A stretch of 48,442 nt of DNA, taken from an uncultured Candidatus Saccharibacteria bacterium. GTDB lineage: Bacteria > Patescibacteriota > Minisyncoccia > Phycocordibacterales > Phycocordibacteraceae. The DNA lies in the NCBI GenBank assembly GCA_964364605.1, contig CAYIMJ010000001.1, positions 1-48,442 on the forward strand, in the 5' to 3' direction. Numbering within the stretch: the first letter of the stretch is position 1; each line of letters opens with the position of its first letter. The notes under the pieces are model-generated. The model searched no databases, had not been told where the DNA came from, and saw only the letters and a list, made by a program, of their open reading frames with translations. Shown here in pieces: positions 7,968 to 16,560 of this stretch. The translations under genes were made by a program, and so were the position numbers.

Positions 7968-9260
7968 ATGATGCCAAACCAACAACTTCTCGAATACGTT
8001 AAGCAGCAATTGAAAGAAGGTGTGAGTCGAGAACAAATTAAAAGTCTACTCTTAGCTAATAATTGGCAAGAAGCCGATATTAACGCAGCTTTTAACGTTA
8101 TTGCGGGTAACACGGCTCCTATGCCTGAATCGCAAACGCCACGACAGATCACGGGCACATTACCAGGAGTAACAGCTCTCTTGGGTCAGGCATGGTCGCT
8201 CTACAAACAAAGATTTGCGACATTTCTAGGAATCATGATAGTTCCGATACTGGTTTCTATGGCTCTTGTGGCAATGCTGGTTATTAGTATAGGGTCCGAA
8301 AAGGGTAGAATTTTCCTTGCAGAAAAACTAGCCGGAAGCAGCATTGAGGTTCTCCTTCTTATGTTGGGTGCGCTTGTTCTGTTTTCCTTCGCGGTAATTT
8401 TTATTGGTCAATCATGGGGTCAGACTTCTTTGCTTTTTGCGATAAAAGATAGCTCGGAAGAGATTGGGGTGTGGGAAGCGTACCGCAGAGGCTGGCACAA
8501 ATTGTATTCCTATTGGTGGATTACTTTGTTGATGGGATTTATTATATTAGGCGGATTTCTTTTATTCATAATTCCCGGAATAATTTTTGCGGTTTGGTTC
8601 AGTATGGCAATGTTCATTTTGATTGCTGAAGATCTAAAAGGAATGGATGCTCTCCTTAAGAGCCGCGAGTACGTAAGGGGGAGATGGGGTGATGTTCTTT
8701 GGCGTTTATTTTTCGTTAGTATTTTTTCGTTTATTCCTTCTATCGCGAGTACGTTTGTATTTAAATCTCTAAATATTCCTTTTGTGGAGACGCTCGGCAG
8801 TTTTGTTTTAACGATATTAATGACTCCTCTCATACTGACCTATTTATTTTTGTTATATAGCAATCTGCAAGCTAGAAAAAGTGATGCTTCATTTGTATCT
8901 ACCGGAGGTAAAAAGGCAGCTTTTATTTTTGTCGGAATTCTTGGCATGTTAATTATCCCAGCGATAATAGCTTTTGTTATTTTTTCAAGCCTTGGTATGG
9001 CAAGAGCAAAGAGTCGTGACTCTATACGACAACATGACATTGGGACAATTCAAGTCGCATTAGAAATGTATTATGGTGATCACTCGGGTACATATCCATC
9101 TACACTAAATGAACTGCCCCAAGAATATCTATCGAGCACCCTAGACCCTGTAACAAAACAGCCTTACCAATACCAATTACAAGCGGGTGGTAAAAATTAC
9201 GAAGTTTGTGCCCAATTAGAATCTCCAAAAACTCAGAAATGCGTTTCATCTCAATTTTAG
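7968..9260 (+). CDS. polytopic membrane protein with C-terminal type IV pilin-like domain
   Basis: Soluble N-terminal segment (EYVKQQLKEGVSREQIKSLLLANNWQEADINAAF), several hydrophobic helices, then IIPAIIAFVIFSSLGMARAKSRDSIRQHDIGTIQVALEMYYGDHSGTYP. That last stretch resembles the pilin helix plus head (ARDA.R..D...I..ALE.YY...G.YP) but lacks a G/FTLIE cleavage site. Confidence 0.65.
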   Translation: MMPNQQLLEYVKQQLKEGVSREQIKSLLLANNWQEADINAAFNVIAGNTAPMPESQTPRQITGTLPGVTALLGQAWSLYKQRFATFLGIMIVPILVSMALVAMLVISIGSEKGRIFLAEKLAGSSIEVLLLMLGALVLFSFAVIFIGQSWGQTSLLFAIKDSSEEIGVWEAYRRGWHKLYSYWWITLLMGFIILGGFLLFIIPGIIFAVWFSMAMFILIAEDLKGMDALLKSREYVRGRWGDVLWRLFFVSIFSFIPSIASTFVFKSLNIPFVETLGSFVLTILMTPLILTYLFLLYSNLQARKSDASFVSTGGKKAAFIFVGILGMLIIPAIIAFVIFSSLGMARAKSRDSIRQHDIGTIQVALEMYYGDHSGTYPSTLNELPQEYLSSTLDPVTKQPYQYQLQAGGKNYEVCAQLESPKTQKCVSSQF

Positions 9261-9274
9261 AAACTAATGAGAAT

Positions 9275-10426
9275 TTACGGCAACTGAGAGGCCAGAATTT
9301 TCTCGAGCGATGGTATGCGAGGGGCAAAATTGGCGACAGAAGCGGAGGTTGATGCAGCAAGAAGAATATCGATAGCTTCACCGGTTTCACTCGCGTACTC
9401 ACCGCGGATGTAGGACGCCGTAATAGCAGAGAGGGAGCGAGTACTAGTGTCGCCCTTTATTGTGCTCGTCGTGATAGTACCAAGGAGCGTGCCTGACGCC
9501 CCGGCGACACCCCCACCAGAAGAGCCTTCTTGCGCGGCGGCCGAACCGCCAAGGGCAATGACATCAATGGTATTTTTTACATACGTAAATACATCTTTAA
9601 CTGAACCGAATACGACCGTAGGGAAAAGCGACGATTGTATCTGACTTGATTCAAGAAACTGCGCACCATAGGAAGCGATGACAATTGGCGTTCCTGGGAC
9701 AGGCGGCTGCTGTGCAAGCGGGAGGGAGGGGAACGCCGCGGGGAGAGCAGATGACGTTGCGCTTTTTGTGACCGCGAGAAGGGCGAAATCGTATTGCCCC
9801 GTTCCGCTTGGAGTTTCTTCGGTGAGCACATTCGCATTCTCCTTGATCCACGCAGGCGGGATGTACATGAGCGCGGCAGAATAGTTATTCCTCGCAGGAC
9901 TTCCCGAACGAATGACGCAGGTCACATCACGGTCGGCGAGCAGGAAATACTGCGCGATATGGGCGTTAGTGAGAATGATGCCTTTTGGATCAATAAATAC
10001 GCCACTACCTGAAATGGAGTGTAGAATAGTTCCCTGAGGCACATAACAGAGGATGTTCACGAGTGCCGCGCGAAGCAGTGCGGCAGAAGCATCGAGCTCG
10101 GCGGCACTTACGGGAGCAGGAGAGGGAACTGAGGTGGATTTTGGTACGACAGCTGCAACAGCCACAGGCGCGGACGTCGTGATCTTTTTATGTGGGGTAG
10201 AGGTCGCTTCCGCACTACTGGTAGCCACAATACTTTCTTTCGGCAAAACTAAGGAAGGTGATGGGGCCGGCGAAGAAGAGTCGGATTCTACAGAAAGTGT
10301 CGACGAGGCGGTATACGTAGCGACTATAGGAGCCGGGAGAGATATCTGGTCACCGAAAAAAGTTGCGATGAAGACGCCGAAGAAAAGGGCTATGATGATA
10401 CCGAAATAAGACTCAAAGCGATTCAT
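9275..10426 (-). CDS. membrane-anchored trypsin-like serine protease
   Basis: N-terminal TM helix and Ser/Pro/Ala-rich linker. Catalytic-triad contexts GSGVFIDPKGIILTNAHIA, YDFALLAV, GSSGGGV. Confidence 0.75.
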   Translation of the reverse strand: MNRFESYFGIIIALFFGVFIATFFGDQISLPAPIVATYTASSTLSVESDSSSPAPSPSLVLPKESIVATSSAEATSTPHKKITTSAPVAVAAVVPKSTSVPSPAPVSAAELDASAALLRAALVNILCYVPQGTILHSISGSGVFIDPKGIILTNAHIAQYFLLADRDVTCVIRSGSPARNNYSAALMYIPPAWIKENANVLTEETPSGTGQYDFALLAVTKSATSSALPAAFPSLPLAQQPPVPGTPIVIASYGAQFLESSQIQSSLFPTVVFGSVKDVFTYVKNTIDVIALGGSAAAQEGSSGGGVAGASGTLLGTITTSTIKGDTSTRSLSAITASYIRGEYASETGEAIDILLAASTSASVANFAPRIPSLEKILASQLP

Positions 10427-10515
10427 TCGTATACGCTAACGCATAATCGTTTTGAAAGACAGTGGAGTGAAAAGACTTCGCACGGACGCCAATTTCCTGG
10501 TATCCTCTTTTCAAA

Positions 10516-10586
10516 GCGGGATTAGTTTAATGGTAGAACATCAGTTTTCCAAACTGATAGCACCGGTCCGATTCCGGTATCCCGCA
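10516..10586 (+). tRNA. tRNA-Gly (anticodon UCC)
   Basis: Acceptor GCGGGAT/ATCCCGC, anticodon stem TCAGT/ACTGA with loop TTTCCAA, T arm ACCGG-TCCGATT-CCGGT, discriminator A. The T loop has C where U55 is expected. Confidence 0.8.
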
Positions 10587-10595
10587 CAAATGATA

Positions 10596-10628
10596 AAGGC
10601 CGGCCTTCTTTCAAGAAGACCGGCCTTT
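10596..10628. terminator. hairpin terminator between tRNA-Gly and the convergent membrane-protein gene
   Basis: aaggccggccttct / agaagaccggcctt form a 14-bp stem with one mismatch and loop ttca, flanked by short A and T runs. Confidence 0.6.
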
Positions 10629-10635
10629 GGGCGAA

Positions 10636-11229
10636 TTAGATGATTCTCAGTGCAGCGACCACCCATATGAGGATGATCTCGGCGAGAACCTGCAGCTTTG
10701 CAGTGACGCTGAATGTCCACCGAGGGTTGAATTTTGCGACACCGAGGTAAAAAAACGGTGTCAGCATAATTGAAATCACGAGGAGATCAACTTTCGAGAC
10801 CGGCGGAGTCGCCATACCCGGAAGATATACCATTGCAAAGATCCAAATGGCCGCGACGGCGAAGACTCCGTGAATCCATCCCGCAATAGTCGTTGTACCG
10901 TGATGCGTATGCGCTTCGGGTATAAGCATGCCCCCTTTCTGGTACATGTGGCCCATAATAAGCGAGAGAGCGATGGCAATCGCAAGTAGCATAATCCCGC
11001 GATTCGATACATATGGGAATTGGTACCTACTCACGAGATACGCGACAAACGGGGAGATGACGAGTACATCAGCCCACATTCCGCCATGCTCCATGAACGA
11101 CCAACCGATAATCCCACGCGATACCATTTGATCCTGTGTGAGATATCCGTCGAACCAAGACGCAAATCCTTGAATGAGCACCAGAATGATTCCCACAGTG
11201 AAAATCGTTCCAAACAATTTCAGGTCCAT
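10636..11229 (-). CDS. integral membrane protein, unknown function
   Basis: About 6 hydrophobic segments. G-rich SD (aaggggggtg) lies 4 nt upstream of ATG. Confidence 0.65.
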   Translation of the reverse strand: MDLKLFGTIFTVGIILVLIQGFASWFDGYLTQDQMVSRGIIGWSFMEHGGMWADVLVISPFVAYLVSRYQFPYVSNRGIMLLAIAIALSLIMGHMYQKGGMLIPEAHTHHGTTTIAGWIHGVFAVAAIWIFAMVYLPGMATPPVSKVDLLVISIMLTPFFYLGVAKFNPRWTFSVTAKLQVLAEIILIWVVAALRII

Positions 11230-11340
11230 TCAACACCCCCCTTTTTTCTATATAGTGAACGAGTGCTTACTTCTGCCGTGCATTGTACACTATTTATTAT
11301 ATAAATCAAGTGCTCTCTTCAAGAGGAGTACCATGCACAC

Positions 11341-12468
11341 ATGGAACCCCTCGCTGCTCGTATACGACCGCAAAAACTTGATGCTGTCGTCGGACAAGAG
11401 CACCTTGTCGGTGTAGGGAAGCCACTGCGAGTCGCTGTAGAGAAGAAACATAAATTCTCATTCATCCTCTGGGGTCCGCCGGGGACAGGGAAGACAACTA
11501 TCGCGCGCATCTATGCGCGAGCGCTCGATGCAGAACTCTTCGAGCTCTCAGCGGTGTCGGCAGGGAAGGACGATATCCGAAATATCGTCGCGATGGATTC
11601 AAAAGGGAAGGACAAAGTGCTTTTTCTTGATGAGATACATCGATTTAATAAAAGTCAGCAGGATTTTCTCCTGCCATATGTTGAGAGTGGGGAACTGACG
11701 CTCATCGGTGCGACGACTGAAAATCCATCTTTTGAAGTGATCGCCCCACTTCTCTCGCGCTGTCGCGTATTTGTGCTTGAACCTCTCTCTGAAGAAGCCC
11801 TACGGGCCATTACGAAAAGTACGAAGATAAAAATGAAGAAGGATGCGTTTGATTGGCTCATGGACTATGCAAACGGTGATGCGCGTAAAGCGCTCGGTAT
11901 GATGGAAGGAGCACAAAGCTTATATGGGGAAGTCACGGTCGATACCCTCAATAAAGCGCTTGAGTCCCCACATCTACGCTACGACAAGAAGGGCGAGGAG
12001 CACTACGACACGATCAGCGCATTTATTAAAAGCATGCGCGCTTCACAGCCCGATGCGGCGATGTATTACCTCGCACGCATGGTCGAAGCAGGGGAGGACC
12101 CGCTATTTATAGCCCGTAGGATGGTGATTTTCGCGAGTGAGGACATCGGGCTTGCGCAGCCGACCGCGCTCGTCGTCGCAAACGCCGTCTTTCGCGCGTG
12201 CGAGACTATCGGTTACCCGGAATGCGCTATCAATCTCGCTCATGGGGTCGCGTATCTCGCGCAGGCAAAGAAAGACCGCTCCGCCTACGACGCACTGCGT
12301 TCAGCACAGGCTGATGTGCAGCAATTTGGCAATTTGCCGGTACCGAAAAAGATTAGAAATTCAGTAACAAAACTCATGAAAGAGCTTAATTACGGCAAAG
12401 GGTATGAAAAATATACCGATGAGTCATATCTACCGGACAAATTAAAGAAAAAGAAGTACCTAAAATAA
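11341..12468 (+). CDS. rarA: replication-associated recombination protein A (AAA+ ATPase)
   Basis: [21 protein letters not shown], Walker [26 protein letters not shown], and MgsA C-terminal motifs ([26 protein letters not shown]). Confidence 0.92.
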   Translation: MEPLAARIRPQKLDAVVGQEHLVGVGKPLRVAVEKKHKFSFILWGPPGTGKTTIARIYARALDAELFELSAVSAGKDDIRNIVAMDSKGKDKVLFLDEIHRFNKSQQDFLLPYVESGELTLIGATTENPSFEVIAPLLSRCRVFVLEPLSEEALRAITKSTKIKMKKDAFDWLMDYANGDARKALGMMEGAQSLYGEVTVDTLNKALESPHLRYDKKGEEHYDTISAFIKSMRASQPDAAMYYLARMVEAGEDPLFIARRMVIFASEDIGLAQPTALVVANAVFRACETIGYPECAINLAHGVAYLAQAKKDRSAYDALRSAQADVQQFGNLPVPKKIRNSVTKLMKELNYGKGYEKYTDESYLPDKLKKKKYLK

Positions 12469-12502
12469 AAATCGCGATGCCAGAGGCATCGCGATTTTTA
12501 TA
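12467..12502. terminator. bidirectional rho-independent terminator
   Basis: aaaa + atcgcgatgcc agag ggcatcgcgat + tttttat, between convergent rarA and hup. Confidence 0.85.
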
Positions 12503-12511
12503 CGTAAAAGC

Positions 12512-12787
12512 TTATTTTACTGCGTCCTTCAATGCCTTTGCGGCACGGAACTTCGCGGTGCGGGAAGCTGCGATATGAATCGTCTCGCCAGTACGAGGAT
12601 TGCGGCCCTGGCGTGCAGGACGTGCCTTCGTCGCAAAAATACCGAGACCAGCGATCGATACCTCATCCCCGGACTTGAGACTGGAAACGATTGTGTCGAT
12701 AACTGTCTCGACAGCGCGCTCGGCATCGGCTTTCGTCGTACCAAGAACGCTATGCACCTTGTCGACAATGTCTGCTTTATTTGCCAT
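12512..12787 (-). CDS. hup: DNA-binding protein HU
   Basis: MANKADIVDKV..GLGIFATKARPARQGRNPRTGETIHIAASRTAKFRAAKALKDAV is the canonical HU/IHF fold sequence. Confidence 0.95.
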   Translation of the reverse strand: MANKADIVDKVHSVLGTTKADAERAVETVIDTIVSSLKSGDEVSIAGLGIFATKARPARQGRNPRTGETIHIAASRTAKFRAAKALKDAVK

Positions 12788-12986
12788 GAGTATCTGCTAA
12801 TTGCTAATCCCGCAGCCTATGAGGCGGGTATGGGGAAAGTATAGGAAATGCGCCACGTTACGCAAGAGGCTTGCCAAGGTCCAGTGGATAGTGCGAAATA
12901 ACTTGACTTTTATATAATAGTATGCTACTTTATCCCGCAGAAAGCAGAAACGACATCGCTCCAAAAACTTTCATCAGGAGGACGAG

Positions 12987-13286
12987 ATGGAACATCTCAT
13001 TGGGATGATAACGATGAGTCTGGCAATCGCGATGGTTGTAATCGCATTTCCAAAACAAATCATCAAAAATCATAAGGATAATCGAGTGGGAATAACCTTA
13101 TGGCTCGTTATTCTCCCGCTCGGGGTTTATACATCAAGAGCAGTGTACGGACTCCTAATCGGGAGTAAGTACATTATGATCCCCGATGTTCTGGGGGTCA
13201 TATTCTCGTCAGTCCTGCTCTATCAATGCTTAATAAGGCCGCGAATCGGGCTTATCGAGATGCTTGAGAAGAGGGGTTGGCTGTAA
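12987..13286 (+). CDS. small three-helix membrane protein, SemiSWEET/PQ-loop-like
   Basis: 99 aa with three hydrophobic helices. MEHLIGMI...AFPKQIIKNHK resembles the SemiSWEET N-terminus and PQ motif. AGGAGG lies 6-7 nt upstream of ATG. Confidence 0.5.
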   Translation: MEHLIGMITMSLAIAMVVIAFPKQIIKNHKDNRVGITLWLVILPLGVYTSRAVYGLLIGSKYIMIPDVLGVIFSSVLLYQCLIRPRIGLIEMLEKRGWL

Positions 13287-13328
13287 AACCGCATGGAAGC
13301 ACTTGCTTCCATGCGGTTTCTGTTTTTC
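13287..13328. terminator. bidirectional rho-independent terminator
   Basis: accgcatggaagc actt gcttccatgcggt followed by ttctgttttt, with an A-run on the other side. Confidence 0.85.
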
Positions 13329-13334
13329 TTAATG

Positions 13335-14864
13335 TTATCGCGCAAATTCAACAACGCGGTTTTCGCGGATGATGTTGACCTTAATTTCGCCCGGATATTT
13401 CAATTCATCTTGTATGCGTTTCGCGATGTCGCGTGCGAGCGTGTGCATCGCGATGTCTGAAATCTTCCCCGGATTCACGAAGACGCGGATTTCACGGCCG
13501 GCAGCGATTGCATAGACCTTTTCAACGCCCTCAAATGTTCCTGCGAGGCGTTCTAGATCGCCCAATCGCTCTAGGTATCGGTCTACTGTGTCGCGGCGTG
13601 CTCCAGGACGACCGCCTGAGATGGCATCGGCTACCTGAACTATGACCGACTCGGGCGTTTCATACGGATACTCCTCGTGATGCGACTGCATAGCGAGGAT
13701 AACTTTCTTGTCGACACCAAATTTCTCAAGAATCCTGCGGCCGATCTCCACATGAGTACCCTGCACCTCGTGATCGACTGCTTTCCCGATGTCATGAAGA
13801 AGAGCTCCGGTACGAGCCACTGTCACATCAGCACCGAGTTCTGCCGCGAGCATACCGGCAATATGCGCCATCTCGATAGAGTGAGTGAGGACGTTCTGCC
13901 CGTAGCTCGTGCGAAAATGAAGCCGTCCAAGAAGCGCAGTGAGCTTCGGATCGAGACCAATGACGCCCGTTTCATACGCAGCGGCTTCGCCTTTCTGCTT
14001 CACTATTTCCCCGACCTCGGCGCGAGTTTTCTCTACCGCCTCCTCAATTTTCGTCGGCTGGATGCGACCATCAGCGATGAGTTTCTCGAGCGCTATCTTC
14101 GCAATAGCGCGACGAAGAGGGTCAAAAGAAGAGAGGGTTATCCTGTCCGGAGCATCATCAATGAGAACATCGACACCAGTCGCACGCTCAAAAGACTTTA
14201 TATTACGGCCTTCTTTCCCGATAATCTTTCCCTTTATATCCTCCGAGGGGAGAGTAACCGAAAGAGACATCACCTCAGCGTTCACTGCGTTCCCGAGACG
14301 ATGGATGGTACTCGTGAGGATAGACCGAGCTTTGTCTTCGAGGCGCTCTCGACCATGTGCTTCAAGTTTTTGCAGACGGAGAAGAATCGCATCCTCATAC
14401 GCGCGCTCGATTTCAGTGAAGAGCTCATGACGCGCCTTGTCCTCTGAAAGATGCGCAATTCTCGCAAGCTCTTTCGAGCGTTCCGCGGTGAATTTTTCTG
14501 CTTCATGTTTCACTCGCGCGGTCTCTTGCTCTCGAGTGCGCACATCATTTTCCTTTTCATCGAGATCGCGCTGTCGAGAATCGAGAAATTCTTCTCGTGT
14601 CGCAAGACGTTCCTCTCTGGAGATAAGTTTCCCTTCACGCTCCTCAATGGGCGCAAGACGCTCCGTCTCGATGACTTCTCCGCGGAATTCGGCAGCAGCG
14701 ATAATTTTCGCCGCCTGTTCCTTGGCAGCAAGCATCTTCTGTTTGGTGTCGAGCTCGACCGAACCACGCTGAGCAAGCCCGATGAGGACGCGCAGCACGT
14801 AGCCGAGCACGATGCCGCCCACGCCCGAGAGCGCAAGCATTATCAATATGATTTTGAGTGACAT
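13335..14864 (-). CDS. rny: ribonuclease Y
   Basis: N-terminal TM helix, long coiled coil, KH motif IIGKEGRNIKSFE, HD domain HSIEMAHIAG..LLHDIGKA. Confidence 0.95.
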   Translation of the reverse strand: MSLKIILIMLALSGVGGIVLGYVLRVLIGLAQRGSVELDTKQKMLAAKEQAAKIIAAAEFRGEVIETERLAPIEEREGKLISREERLATREEFLDSRQRDLDEKENDVRTREQETARVKHEAEKFTAERSKELARIAHLSEDKARHELFTEIERAYEDAILLRLQKLEAHGRERLEDKARSILTSTIHRLGNAVNAEVMSLSVTLPSEDIKGKIIGKEGRNIKSFERATGVDVLIDDAPDRITLSSFDPLRRAIAKIALEKLIADGRIQPTKIEEAVEKTRAEVGEIVKQKGEAAAYETGVIGLDPKLTALLGRLHFRTSYGQNVLTHSIEMAHIAGMLAAELGADVTVARTGALLHDIGKAVDHEVQGTHVEIGRRILEKFGVDKKVILAMQSHHEEYPYETPESVIVQVADAISGGRPGARRDTVDRYLERLGDLERLAGTFEGVEKVYAIAAGREIRVFVNPGKISDIAMHTLARDIAKRIQDELKYPGEIKVNIIRENRVVEFAR

Positions 14865-15057
14865 AGCCCGTTTTGTTAGATCTATCCCTAAAGGGGGACA
14901 GGATAAAGTTCTAAAAAGGGAAGTGCGGCGGGGCGGTCAGATCAGTCGTTCAGCGAAGCGGTATGAGGGGACTCTAGCACAAACGAAACGCGCCGGCTCA
15001 TGCCTCATGACTTCCGAAGGGAAGCTGGGCGGCTCCTTTATTATTTCTTCAAAAACC

Positions 15058-15657
15058 TTAACCGTACACCTTATCGACGAGACCATATTTCTTTGCCTCA
15101 TCCGCGGTCATGAAGAAATCACGCTCGACGTCTTTCTCAACCTTCGCGAGCGGCTGGCCGGTATTTTTCGAAAGGATTTTATTCAGCACGGCTCGGAGCT
15201 TCAAGATCTGCTTTGCCGTAATTTCGATATCGGTCGCCTGACCCTCGGCACCGCCATGTGGCTGATGAATCATGACCTCGGCATTCGGGAGCGCAAAACG
15301 CTTTCCTTTCTCACCAGCAGAAAGAAGAATCGCCGCGCCTGAAGCGGCCATGCCGACACAGACGGTCGAAACCGCTGGCTTCACATGATTCATAGTGTCG
15401 ACCATCGCGAGAGTCGCCGTGACCGAACCGCCTGGAGAATTGATATAGAGCGAGATGTCCTTCTTCGGATCTTCCGCCTCGAGGAAGAGTAGTTGTGCGA
15501 TGACAAGATTCGCAACATCATCATCGATAGGTCCCCCGAGAAAAACGATACGCTCTTTGAGAAGGCGCGAGTAGATGTCGTAAGCGCGTTCACCGAACTG
15601 GCTTTTCTCGATAACCATCGGGACGAGCATTGAGGCACGGGATGTTTGCATTTTCAT
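15058..15657 (-). CDS. clpP: ATP-dependent Clp protease proteolytic subunit
   Basis: [52 protein letters not shown]. Confidence 0.96.
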   Translation of the reverse strand: MKMQTSRASMLVPMVIEKSQFGERAYDIYSRLLKERIVFLGGPIDDDVANLVIAQLLFLEAEDPKKDISLYINSPGGSVTATLAMVDTMNHVKPAVSTVCVGMAASGAAILLSAGEKGKRFALPNAEVMIHQPHGGAEGQATDIEITAKQILKLRAVLNKILSKNTGQPLAKVEKDVERDFFMTADEAKKYGLVDKVYG

Positions 15658-15723
15658 AGGTAAAAGTAAATTACACGTTAGTTACGTCTGGGCCAGAATA
15701 CCACAAAGCCTTGCTTCGCAAAT

Positions 15724-15897
15724 TTACTGCGCGGTCGTTGCAGAAGAAGGAACGGTCGTGTCAGCGATTCTTTTGCCCCATGCGTAGAAAGCACCAATGA
15801 TGATCATAAGCACGATAACGATAATCGAGATGAAGGCGCCCCAAGACTGAGCTTGCGGGGAAGGTGTGCCAGGTGGGAGAACGGGTTCGTTTTCCAT
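15724..15897 (-). CDS. candidate small membrane protein (57 aa), not in the ORF track
   Basis: Own translation: MENEPVLPPGTPSPQAQSWGAFISIIVIVLMIIIGAFYAWGKRIADTTVPSSATTAQ. It has one clear TM helix and lies 28 nt downstream of ppa on the same strand. Confidence 0.45.
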   Translation of the reverse strand: MENEPVLPPGTPSPQAQSWGAFISIIVIVLMIIIGAFYAWGKRIADTTVPSSATTAQ

Positions 15898-15925
15898 AAT
15901 TAATTATTTGATTCAGCAGAATCAC

Positions 15926-16447
15926 CTACTGGGTTGAGTCATTGTACATCTTTCGTGCACGCTCGTATGCAGCCTCTGCCGCCGAACGTCCCTCGAAGTC
16001 ACCAACTGAGACCTCTTTCTTCTGAATCTGCTTATACGTAGCGAAGAAGTGTGCTATTTCCTTGAGCACGTGCTGGTTCGCATCCTTAATATCTTTCACA
16101 TCCGCGTACCGAGGATCACCGGAGGCAACTGCAATAACTTTTTCATCTGCTTCGCCGCCATCGATCATATGCATGATGCCTACCATGCGTACCGGGACGA
16201 GAATGCCGGGTGCAAGCGGATGCGTAGTCAGCACGACAACATCAAGAGCGTCGCCATCATCCCAGAGTGTCTGCGGCACGAAGCCGTAGTCAAAAGGGTA
16301 GTCCTGCGCGCTGTGCATGACCCTGTCGAGCTTGATAACTCCTGTCTTCTTATCAATCTCGTACTTATTGTGAGAACCTTTCGGAATCTCAATGATGACA
16401 TTCACCTCTTCTTTTGTTCCCGGATCAATATCGTGCAAAAGATTCAT
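15926..16447 (-). CDS. ppa: inorganic pyrophosphatase (family I)
   Basis: VIIEIPKGSHNKYEIDK..LDRV...YPFDYGFVPQTL.DDGDALDVVVL. Confidence 0.95.
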   Translation of the reverse strand: MNLLHDIDPGTKEEVNVIIEIPKGSHNKYEIDKKTGVIKLDRVMHSAQDYPFDYGFVPQTLWDDGDALDVVVLTTHPLAPGILVPVRMVGIMHMIDGGEADEKVIAVASGDPRYADVKDIKDANQHVLKEIAHFFATYKQIQKKEVSVGDFEGRSAAEAAYERARKMYNDSTQ

Positions 16448-16526
16448 CCCGTTAGAAATTAGTTTAATAAAGCATTGCTTGTTTTATTTTACACCCCCCC
16501 CCGACAATCTCGCCATTTCTAACGGG
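16448..16526. mobile_element. family-A inverted-repeat mini-element (79 nt) abutting the ppa start codon
   Basis: Arms CCCGTTAGAAAT (16448-16459) and ATTTCTAACGGG (16515-16526). Flanked by the direct repeat ATTCAT (16442-16447 and 16527-16532), which is ATGAAT on the gene strand. Contains a C9 tract at 16494-16502. Confidence 0.75.
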
Positions 16527-16560
16527 ATTCATATGCATCGATTATACATCACTGATACTT

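Noticed and set aside
13677-14447. 256-aa plus-strand ORF (plus 13939-14430, 14437-14772, 14451-14861) inside rny.
   Set aside because: Antisense to a full-length RNase Y with KH and HD motifs. No start signals or recognisable motifs.
15011-15024. cttcc-GAAG-ggaagc hairpin resembling the SRP RNA domain IV GNAR tetraloop (CC-GGAA-GGAAGC).
   Set aside because: The flanking sequence cannot form the long SRP helix, since I could find no complementary 5' and 3' arms. The orientation is also opposite to the surrounding operon. Probably a coincidental small hairpin in the rny leader.
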